64,000 bases of DNA, taken from positions 109,988,001-110,052,000 of the forward strand of contig OX597822.1 of assembly GCA_951406725.2 (NCBI GenBank). Direction: 5' to 3'. Every line of letters begins with the position of its first letter. The stretch's first letter is position 1. The stretch is from Octopus vulgaris (taxonomy: Eukaryota). This document shows positions 11,036 to 23,546 of the stretch, piece after piece. The notes beneath the pieces were generated by a model, which was not told the origin of the DNA, did no database searches, and saw only the letters and a list, made by a program, of their open reading frames with translations. A program made the position numbers and the translations under genes.

Positions 11036-12046
11036 ACATGGTGTAGAAGTCAAATATATTTCGATGACATTGAAGAAATCAGCAATAAGCTCTCAAGATA
11101 ACCGCAATAAAATGTACATAATCAGGAGAAAATTTATAAATGGCAATATTCCTGAAACACAGGAAATAATTAATCTGTTATTATAATTATAGAACGGTGT
11201 ATAGAAATTATGTAATTAATTAATGGATGATAATTAAAAAATATATAAAATACATTAAAATAGAAAGAGACCTCAATTCAAATTAAGTTTTATCTAAATA
11301 TCAATTTATTTATAACATTCAGACATTTAATAACATCTACTAAATTATTTCTCAAAGTTATTTATTATTTCAGTGCAGAAAAGTTTGTACAATTAAGTAA
11401 ATCTATTGTAAAAAAAACTAAATATATTGAAAATGTCATGAAGTCATTTTACATTAAATGCTCAGGAACTACTAATTTTATAGTTTATATCAAAATTATC
11501 GATTACTATTAAAAATTAATTCCTGCTAAAATAAAAAATATAAAAGTATACTTTATAGGGAAAACTATCAACATTATAGGAGGAAATGAAATTAACGCTT
11601 AAACAGTAAATTATTTTTTTAAAATGGTATTTTTTCATAACCTAACCATATTGAATGATTAGATTTATCTTCACGCAGTATTTGTGATGTTAATGGTGAT
11701 GTATTCACAAATGAGACTTAAGAATACGTTGGGAAAAATAAAACTAAAAGTAATACCTAGCAGTAAGTTCCATTAAGTTCCATTAAAGTATACATTCAGG
11801 TATATTTCATTGTAAAATCAGAGATTATTTTCTCCATTATAGATTCAACTACTAAGTGCATCTTGTGCAACCTCTACTAACAGTTAACAGACTAATCATA
11901 ACAGGTTACATGGAAGTAATATGTTCAATGTAACATTAATATTGACACTGCACAGCATAAAAGTCATATAAGATGTCTAACAAATACTCACACACACATA
12001 CATGCACAAACACATGAATACATGAATACGCATATATATATACATA

Positions 12047-12127
<81 letters not shown>

Positions 12128-12221
12128 CGGGAAGCTTTATGAAAATAAACAAAAGACGAAGGCAGGTGGAAAACAAACGAACAATTGTATTAGTATATAT
12201 ATATATATATATATATATTAA

Positions 12222-12611
12222 ACTTGTTTCAGTCCTTTTGACTGCTGCCATGCTGGAGCACTGCCTTTAATCGAGCAACTCGACCCCGGGACTTATTCTT
12301 TGTAAGCTCAGTACTTATGCTATCGGTCTCTTTTGCCGAACCGCTAAGTGACGGGGACATAAACACACCAGCATTGGTTGTCAAGCAATGCTAGGGGGAC
12401 AATCACAGACACACAAACATACACGCACATACATATATATACATATATACGACAGAATTCTTTCAGTTTCCGTCTACAAAATCCACTCACAAGGCTTTGG
12501 TCGGCCCGAGGCTATAGTAGAAGACACTTGCCCAAGGTGCCACGCAATGGGACTGAACCCGGAACCATGTGGCTGGTAAAAAAGCTATTTACCACACAGC
12601 CACTCCTGCGC

Positions 12612-12612
<1 letters not shown>
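12222..12612 (-). mobile_element. SINE family A, full length
   Basis: Head GGCGCAGGAGTGGCTGTGTGG (A box), GGTTCAGTCCC (B box), internal TA/TG microsatellite, tail ...CTCCAGCATGGC...GACTGAAACAAGT. Confidence 0.9.
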
Positions 12613-12665
<53 letters not shown>

Positions 12666-13469
12666 ATGGAAGATGGTAACGTGTGAGCAACGAGAGAGAA
12701 AAATAGAAAGAGGCAGAGAGAGACACAGACATAGAAAGCGGTGAAAGATGGAAGGGAGAAAATGGAATTAGAGAAGGACAGAGGAGAAAATAGTATAGAG
12801 TAGAGTCGCACCAAAAAGGTGAAGATAAACTTACTGGGAAATGGATGCGTGGCGTTCAATGAAATAATAATATAAATAACATATAGATATATATATGGAT
12901 ATATGGGGACAGGACGTCACCAACTGTGTAAACAACAGGAAATACCAAAACAAACTAGACAAATGCGCAAACAACGGGACAGAAATGGAAAACATGACAA
13001 GTAAACATAGAGAAACAACAATCCTCCATCAGTTATCGGCAGTCTATCAACTCCTCATGTATATATACACATATATAAAAGAATAAAAAAAGAATATGAA
13101 AAGTTTTTCCCATATAATTAGTATATTAGTATATACTTTTATGATGTTTCTAAGATCTATCAGTGAAAATGATCACTTGATTAAAACTGTACTCAACTGA
13201 GTGTATACTGTAAAATGTTATTGGATAATTATGGATATTTATCAGACTAAATTAGTTTGGATCCTTTGATGCTATCTAATACGAAATAATATCATCACTA
13301 AATCATAGCTATGTGCACTACATTTTACAGTTGAATGAATACCAAACAAAGTAAAATATCTTTTAAATATTTATCTCCTGATGAAATTTTGTATGATTTC
13401 AAAATGTCTGATTGAATCGTAGGAACCTTTCTTTGAAAAAAATAATCTGCCTTACTGTTTTATGACATG

Positions 13470-14000
13470 TAATGTTGTTGTTAAACAATTTCCTCCCACA
13501 CATTTCTATGGCAATATTTGTAATACACTTACTCGTGTAACCTTAACAATCATGCATCAAGTGAGAATAGTGTAATTTTGTGGTGAACCCGCAAACACAG
13601 ATGCAACTTGCAACCACATTTGTCTGTTCAATGATATCGTGATAAGGGCCGACGAACCAAAATACACATCTAGTAAAATGCATTATATAAAATTGATGAA
13701 AGGCCTCTCAATGAAATACGTATACGGCTACACCACATGTGACAGCAGGTTCGAGAATTGGAACGTCACGTTAACGGCCAAGTACATATGCCATGTAAAG
13801 GAAACTGCACAACATGATTTCAGATGGAGATTCTTATAGAAATGCAACCCTCGCACCCAGAGCAGACGACTATAGCGATGAAGGAATTACATAAAAGCTT
13901 CTTTATAGCCGGAATGCACATAGAAGTCAAAGAGTAGGCGTGTGAAGCTCCTTTACATGGGCGGAATTCTATTCCAATATATTGTCTTCAGTAATATTTC
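13470..14000 (+). pseudogene. Highly decayed PLE (Neptune-like) GIY-YIG region
   Basis: KQFPPTH..., then ORF 13639..13839 IVIRADE...HYIKLM...TLTAKYICHVKE...FRWRFL, matching the spacing of the IVY.A/YIG.T/T.LSKYIW.LK/I.W.IL pattern. Confidence 0.5.
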
Positions 14001-14476
14001 TATAAATGGCACCTGATTTATAGACATAAACGTAGTTTCTGTACTAACAAAGATCAGCACCAAAATTCATTGATCTTTAAATAAACTTTCACGACACACA
14101 TTCATAATACATATTCAGCATTACATCGGAAAATCAGGCATTTTCATGTCTTCAATCGACTAACCTATTCACACCTACACGTTTTGCAAACTGATCCATA
14201 CTAAGGCATTAAATTTAGATGAAGCAAATATATGAGGTAAAAATAAAATAAAATAAACAATCACAGGAGACACACTGATACACTTTACACTTTTGATCGA
14301 AATGAATACAAACTGCGAACATAAAAATCCCAAAATTTTAGGGTTCTCCCACGGGATAAATCTCTCAGCTACTGTGAAACATTAACGTTAATAGTTCTTA
14401 CATTTTCACCATTTTCTCTCTTTCATTTAGTCATCGCTAATACACTACACTTACATCTCTCTCTCCCACTTTCTAA

Positions 14477-14582
<106 letters not shown>

Positions 14583-14819
14583 AATTCAAAGAAATTCCAA
14601 ATCCGTTTTTTTTAGGTTTTATTTATATTCATTATAATATTAGTGTAGAATATAGAATATATTGTATAAAAAGTATATATAGTATAATGAAATGAAGTAT
14701 TGATTGCATTATTGAATACATAAAATATTGAATATCAAATATTAAGGGACTAGTATACTTTCTTGCATTAAAGCAGACTTCAAGGTCCCAGGTTGTGACA
14801 GGAACGTTTCAACTCTAAC

Positions 14820-14892
<73 letters not shown>

Positions 14893-14895
<3 letters not shown>

Positions 14896-14980
14896 TGATT
14901 GATTCTAGTTTCAGCTCATGAGCTGTGGCCATGCTGGGGCACCGCCATTTAAAAAAGCGTTCCCATGCCGGGAATCGAAC
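14893..14980 (-). mobile_element. Short retroposed chimera: tRNA-Glu-like 3' end + oligo-T + RTE 3' tail
   Basis: Minus strand GTTCGATTCCCGGCATGGGAA-CGC-TTTTTT-AAATGGCGGTGCCCCAGCATGGCCACAGCTCATGAGCTGAAACTAG-(AATC)3. Confidence 0.7.
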
Positions 14981-15122
14981 ATGTAAATATGCATAAATAT
15001 ATGTGTGTATACGTATATGTATGTATATATATATGCATATATATATATACATACATATACGTATACACACATATATATATGGATATACATATATATGTCC
15101 GATCGTCGGACAGTTTTGTTTA

Positions 15123-15177
<55 letters not shown>

Positions 15178-15260
15178 TCTGGGGCTTGCCAAGTAAGGGA
15201 GGAGAAAGAAGAAAAACGATTTTGAGAATGCAGGGGAGGTAATACATATATATATATATG

Positions 15261-15302
<42 letters not shown>

Positions 15303-15379
15303 TGTATATATATGCATGTATGTATCAAGAGTTGAAGAGAAAGAATACTGCAAGGAGAAAGGTTAGACAAAGCAGACTA

Positions 15380-15450
<71 letters not shown>

Positions 15451-15483
15451 CAAACATACATATATGCTGATAGATAGATATAC

Positions 15484-15534
<51 letters not shown>

Positions 15535-16202
15535 AATATACATATATACACATAAGTGCTATATGAATAAGATCAAATATACTATTTCACTATTTCTCGT
15601 TTTGTAACGACGTGATGATATCAAGTGATATAAAATAAGCAAATTGAACACTTTTATCTGTAATCTTTGGTATCATTTGCCAGAAAATTCAGACTGCAAT
15701 TCGACTGACGTTTTACATAATATAGTCTATATCTATAGTTTAGTATTGCTTCAGATGATTGTTGGCAATCTACTTAGAATTATATATATATATATATTTT
15801 TTTTTTAGTCCGTTTTGTATTTTATTTCTACTTCACTGTCATGAGGATTTCATTTCTAATCGGGTTTTCACAATTTTATGCAACATATTTCAAGAAAAAT
15901 ATTGATATTTTACTCAATCCATTTTGCTAATCTGAAAGAAATTTATCTTCACCGAACTGAAGGAGATATGTAGAGTCTTTTTCAATCAAATCAATCTCGT
16001 CTATATTCATACTGTTCAATCAATAAGTCGTTTTTTTTTTTACGCATATTTCAGTTTTTGTACTACTTTGTATATGAGCGAAAATTGCATGTGCCGATGT
16101 CTTATCTGTCAGTATGTACCGAACCTGCCCTGAATAACCATCCAACTAAGTACACCCTGCCAGATATTGAAAATAAATAATGCATTAATCTTTGTTATTG
16201 TT

Positions 16203-16263
<61 letters not shown>

Positions 16264-16446
16264 TACACACACACAAGCATACACATACATGCATTCATAC
16301 ATACATAGGCACATACATACATACATACATACATGCATACATACATACATACATACATGTATATATATAACGTAAAGAAATAGGGATTTCTCCATCCTCC
16401 TTTATGATGTCTTTGTAATATATATAAGCACCTATATATATAAGCA

Positions 16447-16481
<35 letters not shown>

Positions 16482-16513
16482 GCACATGCATGTGTGTGTC
16501 AGTGTGTGTAAAC

Positions 16514-16553
<40 letters not shown>

Positions 16554-17039
16554 AATAAGTATAAACATATATATGTATATGTATACACACACACACGCAC
16601 ACACACACACACACACATAGATATATATATATATATACATACATACATATATGTTTGTGTGCGTGTCTGTATGTATGTATATATCTATTAATGTATATAT
16701 ATGTCTTCAACTGTGTGGCTATTTATTTTATTTATTATATCTATTTATTGAATGATCGACTGTGCTTAAATGGACTTTTTTGCAGCAAATACAAAAGGGA
16801 ATCTTCTTGAATGCCTGAAGCAAATCCTTTGAGACAGAAGTTGTCTATATATCGTAGATCAACACCACTACATTCCTTAACTCCATCCCACCCTTCCTAT
16901 CATGTCTACTATCTTTTGTCTCTCACATTCTCTTTCCTTTTATTTCTCCCTCTCTCTCTATCTGTCTCTCTCTCTTGTTCTCCCCTCTCTCTTCCCCCCC
17001 TCTCTTTCTACGTATCAAAAATACCGGAATTTTTCAATA

Positions 17040-17390
17040 TTATTTTATTCACTTAGTTTTTCATGTTTACACTTTTGTTGCTGTCAAAGCGTTCTCGATT
17101 TGGAACAATGCATCGACCCAGGCGTATTTTCCACTGTTCGAAGCAGTGCTGGAACTCTTACAAAGTGGTACTTTTTAACGCCTCCGTCGATTTTATTCTT
17201 CACCACTTCCACATCTACAAATCGTTCTCCTTGAAGGTCTTTCTTCATTAGAGGAAATAAAAATGTCACAAGGAGAATATTTTATCATAAACTGTCTGAA
17301 ACTCAAGGAGGTGTGCTAAGGCTTATTGTCGTGATGAAAAGACCCCTCTCCACTTTACCACAGGTTGGGACGTTTTCGTCTCAGCGTGTC
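17040..17390 (-). pseudogene. mariner (DD34D-type) transposase C-terminal remnant
   Basis: FHHDNKP*HTS (HDNA motif) near 17330 and FLFPLMKKDLQGERFVDVEVVK in ORF 17084..17269. Confidence 0.7.
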
Positions 17391-17392
17391 TC

Positions 17393-17597
17393 TAGATAAC
17401 ATCCCAGAAGAACCTTGTCTCAAAGAAATCCAAAAGATTGTGCTGACAAATACTTCCCATATACTTAGAAAAAATCCTATCATTTTAAATGCCCTGCCAC
17501 TTTCTTTCCCTAAGATTTCAGTCAAACTATAACATTTCTTATCCTTAACTCAGTTGTGTCTCGGCAAGTGATTATAATACACATGCAGATTAAAAGT
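17393..17597 (+). mobile_element. R4/Dong-type LINE extreme 3' end followed by (GAA)n
   Basis: DNIPEEPCLKEIQKIVLTNTSHILRK, then a UTR with TGTGTCTCGGCAAGTGA shared with 18600. Confidence 0.7.
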
Positions 17598-17822
17598 AAA
17601 GAAGAAGAAAAGAAGGAGAAGGAGGAGAAGAAGAAGAAGAAGAAGAAGAAGAAGAAGAAGGAGCAAGAGGAGGAGGAGAAGAAGAAGGAGCAGGAGAAGA
17701 AGAAGAAGAAGAAGAAGAAGAAGAAGAAGAAGAAGAAGAAGAAGAAGAAGAAGAAGAAGAAGAAGAAGAAGAAGAAGAAGAAGAAGAAGAAGAAGAAGAA
17801 GAAGAAGAAGAAGAAGAAGAGA
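17598..17822. repeat. (GAA)n microsatellite
   Basis: Direct reading. Confidence 0.95.
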
Positions 17823-18640
17823 CTTCAAGAAGCAAATTGAGGAACGGTGGAGCCCGAAATCTCCGCATGGACAGCATATACTTCGAAGTCGAAATGCCCA
17901 TCAGTGACTAAGAAGTGCAAGGTAGAAGTAAAGACATAAGGTTTCTCTTATTGGAGGCACAAGGTGAAAATTTTGCCACCAAAATCTAACAGGCTAACGT
18001 TCTTCAAAACGGTCGTGACCCTAAATGCCAAATCTGCGACACGTTTCATGAAAGAATATACCATCGAATACAAAAAATACATCAAACCAATACAAAAGTC
18101 GTCACGATAGAGTAAGGCAGAATTTACATTGAAAAATGTGTAAGCACTATTTTAACAGCACTCCTGCTTACTGGTATGAACATCATAAAGATAAAAATGA
18201 AGATAAAAATGTAACTATCCTATGGGATTTTCCAATTAACACCGACAGAACGACTCTGGCTAATCGACCAGACATTGAAGACGGGGCAGAAAATACTTGT
18301 GCACTAATAGGTGTAAGTATTCCCACTCATAAAAATATATCGGTAAAAGAATTTGACCTATTAAGAATATATAAGGACCTGGAAATCGAAATACCAAAGA
18401 TGTGGCATCTTCAGCGAGAACTGTGCCTGATATTTTATGTGCCGTAGGTATGATAAAGAAAAGTGATTTCAGAAACATCTAACTAACATCCCAAGAGATG
18501 TATGTGTTATATTAAATGAAGATGTTTCACTAACTCCCCTACCCAAGCGTTCAGTCATACTGTAACATCTCTTATCTTTCACTCACCCGAGGACGCTGCG
18601 TGTGTCTCGGCAAGTGACTGTAACAAAGACTGTAACAAAG
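17823..18640 (+). mobile_element. R4/Dong-type LINE 3' fragment flanked by (GAA)n on both sides
   Basis: DPKCQIC zinc-finger remnant, RHD motif, ORF 18136..18447 VTILWDFPINTDRTTLANRPDI...YKDLEIEIPKMW. Confidence 0.85.
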
Positions 18641-18669
18641 AAGAAGAAGAAGAAGAAGAAGAAGAAGAA

Positions 18670-19225
18670 ATGCCCTGATGCAGTACCAGGCAGTGGTTCG
18701 CGTGGCGTCTGATCTTAACTGATTGGAAGTGTTGTCATATATATTGTTTTGTCTTGGTATAAAATATGGGCTACAGCAAATATTCTGCTCAGTACCACAG
18801 ATTTGCTTGTCAGTTGTTTGACCATAACCAGTTGAGCATGTCCCTTAGTGGCTGACGATATGTACATCTCTGATAACGAGCAGAAGTAGTGGGGGAGCAT
18901 CATAGCCATGTGTTAAGAGGGATTCTTTGGAGTTTGAATAATTTACATCTGGAAACATGGGTGTTTCGTTCAACATCCTTAAACAACCCTTATTCAGGCA
19001 CCTTTTGAGCAGGATAGGCTACTCGATCTGAAGAAAATTCTAACTGGGCCCCACCTGCAAGATCTTGTGCTGTTTATCTTGATTAGAGATCACCATGTCA
19101 CGCGCATATGATTGTGATGCATTTGCTTAGTGTACGCTTATCGGACGGGTAGTCATGATGGGTATATTGGGCTTCGTATATGTTACCCCAGTGTCACTTT
19201 GATGACATGCACTGCTCTCTCACTC
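18670..19225 (+). mobile_element. Unclassified ~555-bp non-coding interspersed element between (GAA)n and (AAT)n
   Basis: Complex, higher-GC block sharply bounded by microsatellites. No convincing ORF and no A/B boxes recognised. Confidence 0.4.
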
Positions 19226-19324
<99 letters not shown>

Positions 19325-19339
19325 TATAATAATAATAAA

Positions 19340-19933
19340 ATCATCCCTACCGGAAATCATCAAAAACACATAATGAAATAAATACAAGTAACTGCAGAAT
19401 ATGTAGTGATGGAGAAGAAACAATAAATAATATCGTCTCTGGCTGCCCAGTCCAGGCATATATTCATAGACATGACAGAGTTGGGACCTATATACACTGA
19501 AAGCTATGTCAACACTATGGAATGACAATAGGTAAAAGACGGTAGAGGCACTCCCCAGAATGGATCTCAGAAAATGAGGAAGCAACCATACTGAAATATG
19601 CCAATATACACAGATAGATAAATCTAGGCTAATAAACCGGGTTTAGTTGTCAGAGATCGGCAAAAAAAATGCCTCTAATCGATGTATCAATACTAACAGA
19701 TGGCAATGTATCTTTAAAAGAAAAGGAGAAACTCTCAAAATACAAAGATCTGGAAACAGAGGTAACCAAACAACCGAAACGCCAGCAGTTACGAATGCAT
19801 ATAGTATATAGAAAATAGCACTTCTTGGCACTGCACGCATCCTCTGTAAAGCACTTTTAATACAGTGAAATAAGAGCACCACAACACATACCCAAGACAC
19901 ACAGAACTGCGCTCGGTAGTGATGTGAAAGAAC

Positions 19934-19935
<2 letters not shown>
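19340..19935 (+). mobile_element. R4/Dong-type LINE 3' fragment between (AAT)n tracts
   Basis: SGCPV...RHDRVGTYIH*KLCQHY...TDR*I*ANKP...LIDVSI...NVSLKEKEKLSKYKDLE...IALLGTARIL, then a UTR with TGCGCTCGGTAGTG also seen at ~44310. Confidence 0.85.
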
Positions 19936-20001
<66 letters not shown>

Positions 20002-20024
20002 TTTATCATCATTATTATCATTAA

Positions 20025-20650
20025 CTTCATAATGCACTTTCTTCCCGATGACCAAAACGCGTTGGAAAAAAACGATCAAATTGGGTGGCTATTTATATAA
20101 AACAAAATTTAAGCAGATTATACAAAATTCTGGGAAGAAATTTACAGGTTTACAGAACAACTACAGACCAAATATACTGTTATCGAACACAAGGTAAATG
20201 TGAAGAAATAACACCGAAAAGCATTTGATATTGTACATTGCATTTGGATAATAGAAACACACCACAAGCTTAGTGATTCTCAGTACGAACGTGGTACATT
20301 AAGCGTGACAAATCAAATGAGAAACGACAATATTACTACAAGACGAGAAGATTATTAATAGAAGATTTAATACCATGGGAGGGGGGAAATGCTTTTAGCG
20401 CAGCTATTTCCCTATCTTGTTACCTGCCAAGGTCTTACCCTATTAACAATCCAGAACAAAGAAATCATTAATTTTTATAGATGCTGCAGGTAAATTATAA
20501 GTCAACACCTTAATACGGATTACTTAAATGCATTTGCCAGGCACAATCACAATTTGGAATACAAAAAAATTTCATGACTTCATTCAAGATTTGAACATTA
20601 TAAGACAAATGTACGAAAGCAACGGTAGAGGAACTGATGTATTAAAGTAA
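20025..20650 (+). pseudogene. Very decayed R4-type reverse transcriptase remnant
   Basis: LPDDQ, KAFDIVH.WIIE and HL.TDYLNAFA (decayed YMDDLK) occur in the expected order. Confidence 0.5.
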
Positions 20651-20743
20651 GGCATTAAATTAGATTCAGACCCCGAAATCCCTAAAATAAATCAAGATAC
20701 TCACATACAAAAACTTGTGATTTGATGACGCTGGTACGATACA

Positions 20744-20929
20744 TTACTCTTTTACTCTTTTACTTGTTTCAGTGATTTGACTGCGACCATGCTGGAGCAC
20801 CGCCTTTAGTCGAGCAAATCGCCCCCAGGACTTATTCTGTCGACCTCTTTGGCCGAACCGCTAAGTTACGGAGACGTAAACACAAGCGATGTTGGGGTGA
20901 CAAATACAGACACACAAACATATACACAC

Positions 20930-20964
<35 letters not shown>

Positions 20965-21125
20965 ACGGTCTTCTTTCAGTTTCCGTCTACCAAATCGACT
21001 CACATGGTTTTGGTCGGCTCGAGGCTATAGTTGAAGACACTTGCCCAAGGTGCTACACAGTGGGACTGAACTCGGAACCATGTGGCCGGTAAGAAAATTA
21101 CTTACCCCACAGCCACTCCTATGTC
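20744..21125 (-). mobile_element. SINE family A with internal deletions
   Basis: Matches the family A head and tail. Confidence 0.9.
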
Positions 21126-21189
21126 TTCTACAGAAGGATAATAATAGTATTGATAATCGAATCCAATGCTGCTTCAAGAAATATAAATG

Positions 21190-21360
21190 TTTCTACTATA
21201 GGTACAGGGCCTCAAACATTGTAGGGAGGGGCTTATTGATTGCATCGACCCCGGTACTCAACTGGTACATATTCCATCGACCTCGAAAGAATGAAAGACA
21301 TTTTTATCTAGATGGGAAAGAGACAAAAGAAATGCCGCCAAACATTTTGCACGGTTGCTG
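21190..21360 (-). mobile_element. SINE family B, decayed
   Basis: Similar to the reverse complement of 56241-56627 (TCGACCCCGGTAC...ACTGGTAC...TCGACCTCGAAAGAATGAAAG). Confidence 0.6.
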
Positions 21361-22776
21361 CTTTTGCTTCGGGTAATATAATATTTATAAACACACCAGC
21401 TACCTTAGTCATAAGCAACTACTTCAATAAATAATTGAAAACAATTTCTCGGTGAAAATAATATTATGATTGCATCTGGTATTTTTATAGGAAGTCGATG
21501 ACTAATAACTCCAACTATGGGAAAGCTATTACTAGAATTATTTCAGATATACAAGACACTTAAAATTAGGTATAAATTGACATGAGTAATCGAATCTGCA
21601 ACACTAGACTCGTCTAAACCCGTGATATTTCTCTACTGCCATGTGGTGGGAATCAATAGTTTTACTATATTACTAATGAACACGTATATACTTGAGATAT
21701 CCGGTTACAAATTGCCATTTTCCACTAGAGACTAATGAATACTATGCTATGTAAATTGAGGATTAAACCTTTAAATGTCAAATTGTAATAATTTGTAAAG
21801 CCTAATATAGTGTATATTTTCGTATAATTATACCAATAACGTTAACTGTACGAAATAAGAGGAGTGCAAAAGTTGTGGTGCAATAACCTGATACATAACA
21901 GTATTTGTCTATTCTTTTATGTCCCAACTTCAAAAGATAGCAGAAGAGATTTGTATTTCTCTCATGAGTAGATAAAATGAGTATTATAAACATAATGGTT
22001 TAAATAGAATCCTCTACTTAATTCCCTCTGTCAAACTAAGAACTCGTTAATGCTTGCATCTATAGATTTAATATACACTTATATGTTAATACATTCATAA
22101 ACAGCAATACGTCTCTATCCTTCATACATACCAAACCTCATATTATCGCTGCCGTGAAATGTAATACCTTTTAATTCAAAATTCTCTTTATCTTCAATCT
22201 ATATAACATCCAAAAATTATAGCTTTCAAAAGTAGTTCTACAAACCAGTAATTACAGAACAGGCCAATGAGTGAACTTTGAAATCAGTCGAGAGATTTGC
22301 CTCCCAGTCGTAAAAATGATAACAAATGATGAGTAGAAAAACAAGAAAACTATTACATGAGATGCTTATCTGAAACTTGATAAACACAACAATGCGCCCT
22401 GCATTAAGTACTTTCAAAAATCCTGATTTCAAAGAATTTTAATGCAAATTCTTTATCCATTTGAACAGCAGATTCTTTTATGGATGTGAAGATATTCGTT
22501 TATATCAGTCATGAAATATTAAATTAAGTAAGAACTGTAGAACTAATAAACAAAAATAGTATTTGAACTCTGATACGGTAGAAAATGTTGTCTTAGAGAT
22601 AAGGATTAATTCACGTATTTTATATGGTCTGTCAACACCAGCTGAAGGTAAGGTGTAAATAAACATACGTAAGTTTTTCTCTTATTCAGTAAAATGCTAA
22701 TACAGGCTCACTGAATATACAGAAATATGTATCTTAACATAATTATGCTGATAAAAACACTACTACTACTTACTAC

Positions 22777-22841
<65 letters not shown>

Positions 22842-23186
22842 ACAGTAGTAGTAGTACCAAAACTCAACAACTACTACATATCTTTCTGCTTCTGATGCTA
22901 TTGCAGCTGCTGTAAGTGCTATCTGCACAGTTTACAGATGTGTATGTTAAAAGTTATCTTGTTGAAGTAAACACGACACGACTACCACTATTATTACTAC
23001 CGGTGTACTATTTTAGTTAAGACTACGAAGTTGTCATACATGTAGCAGTGTGTCTTAAATTGTTGCATGTCTCAAATATACAAACAATACTGTATAATAA
23101 TCACTGAAATTTTGGATGATTGAATTAGTATCAATTCGATTATATAAAATTTGCAATTCTCAATGATGTTAATATTTTATCAAATA

Positions 23187-23546
23187 CTAGCACTATGACC
23201 CGGCAACGCCGGGTCATAGTGCTAGTGGATGCATATACAGCTGCGTGCGTGCGCACATACACGCGGCTACTGTCCAAATTTGCGACCAATCACATACAGC
23301 TAGCTGGCATTCAATTGGCATTGATTGGGTTTGGATGGAAAATTCACAAAAAAGTCACTTCTATTGATTTTTTTAATGGCTTTGCAGGGAGACTGCGGAA
23401 ATGTAAAGATGTGCATGACCACCCTTGGACGGTTTTGAATGACCATAGAAAGTGCGAGCCCTCTGATTGAAAAATCGTAGATTTGTATAAAGGACACGCA
23501 CACACACACGCAGACAGACATTTTGCCGTTTATATATAGAGAGAGA
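23187..23546 (-). mobile_element. Non-autonomous Helitron (360 bp)
   Basis: Minus strand A|TCTCTCTCTATATATAAACGGC...subterminal hairpin...CTAG|T: 5'-TC, 3'-CTAG, A/T target, no TSD. Confidence 0.8.

Noticed and set aside
20042-20068. TTC-CCGATGA-CC-AAAACGCGT-TGGAA hammerhead-like string
   Set aside because: No helix II, and it is better explained as R4 RT coding sequence (LPDDQ).
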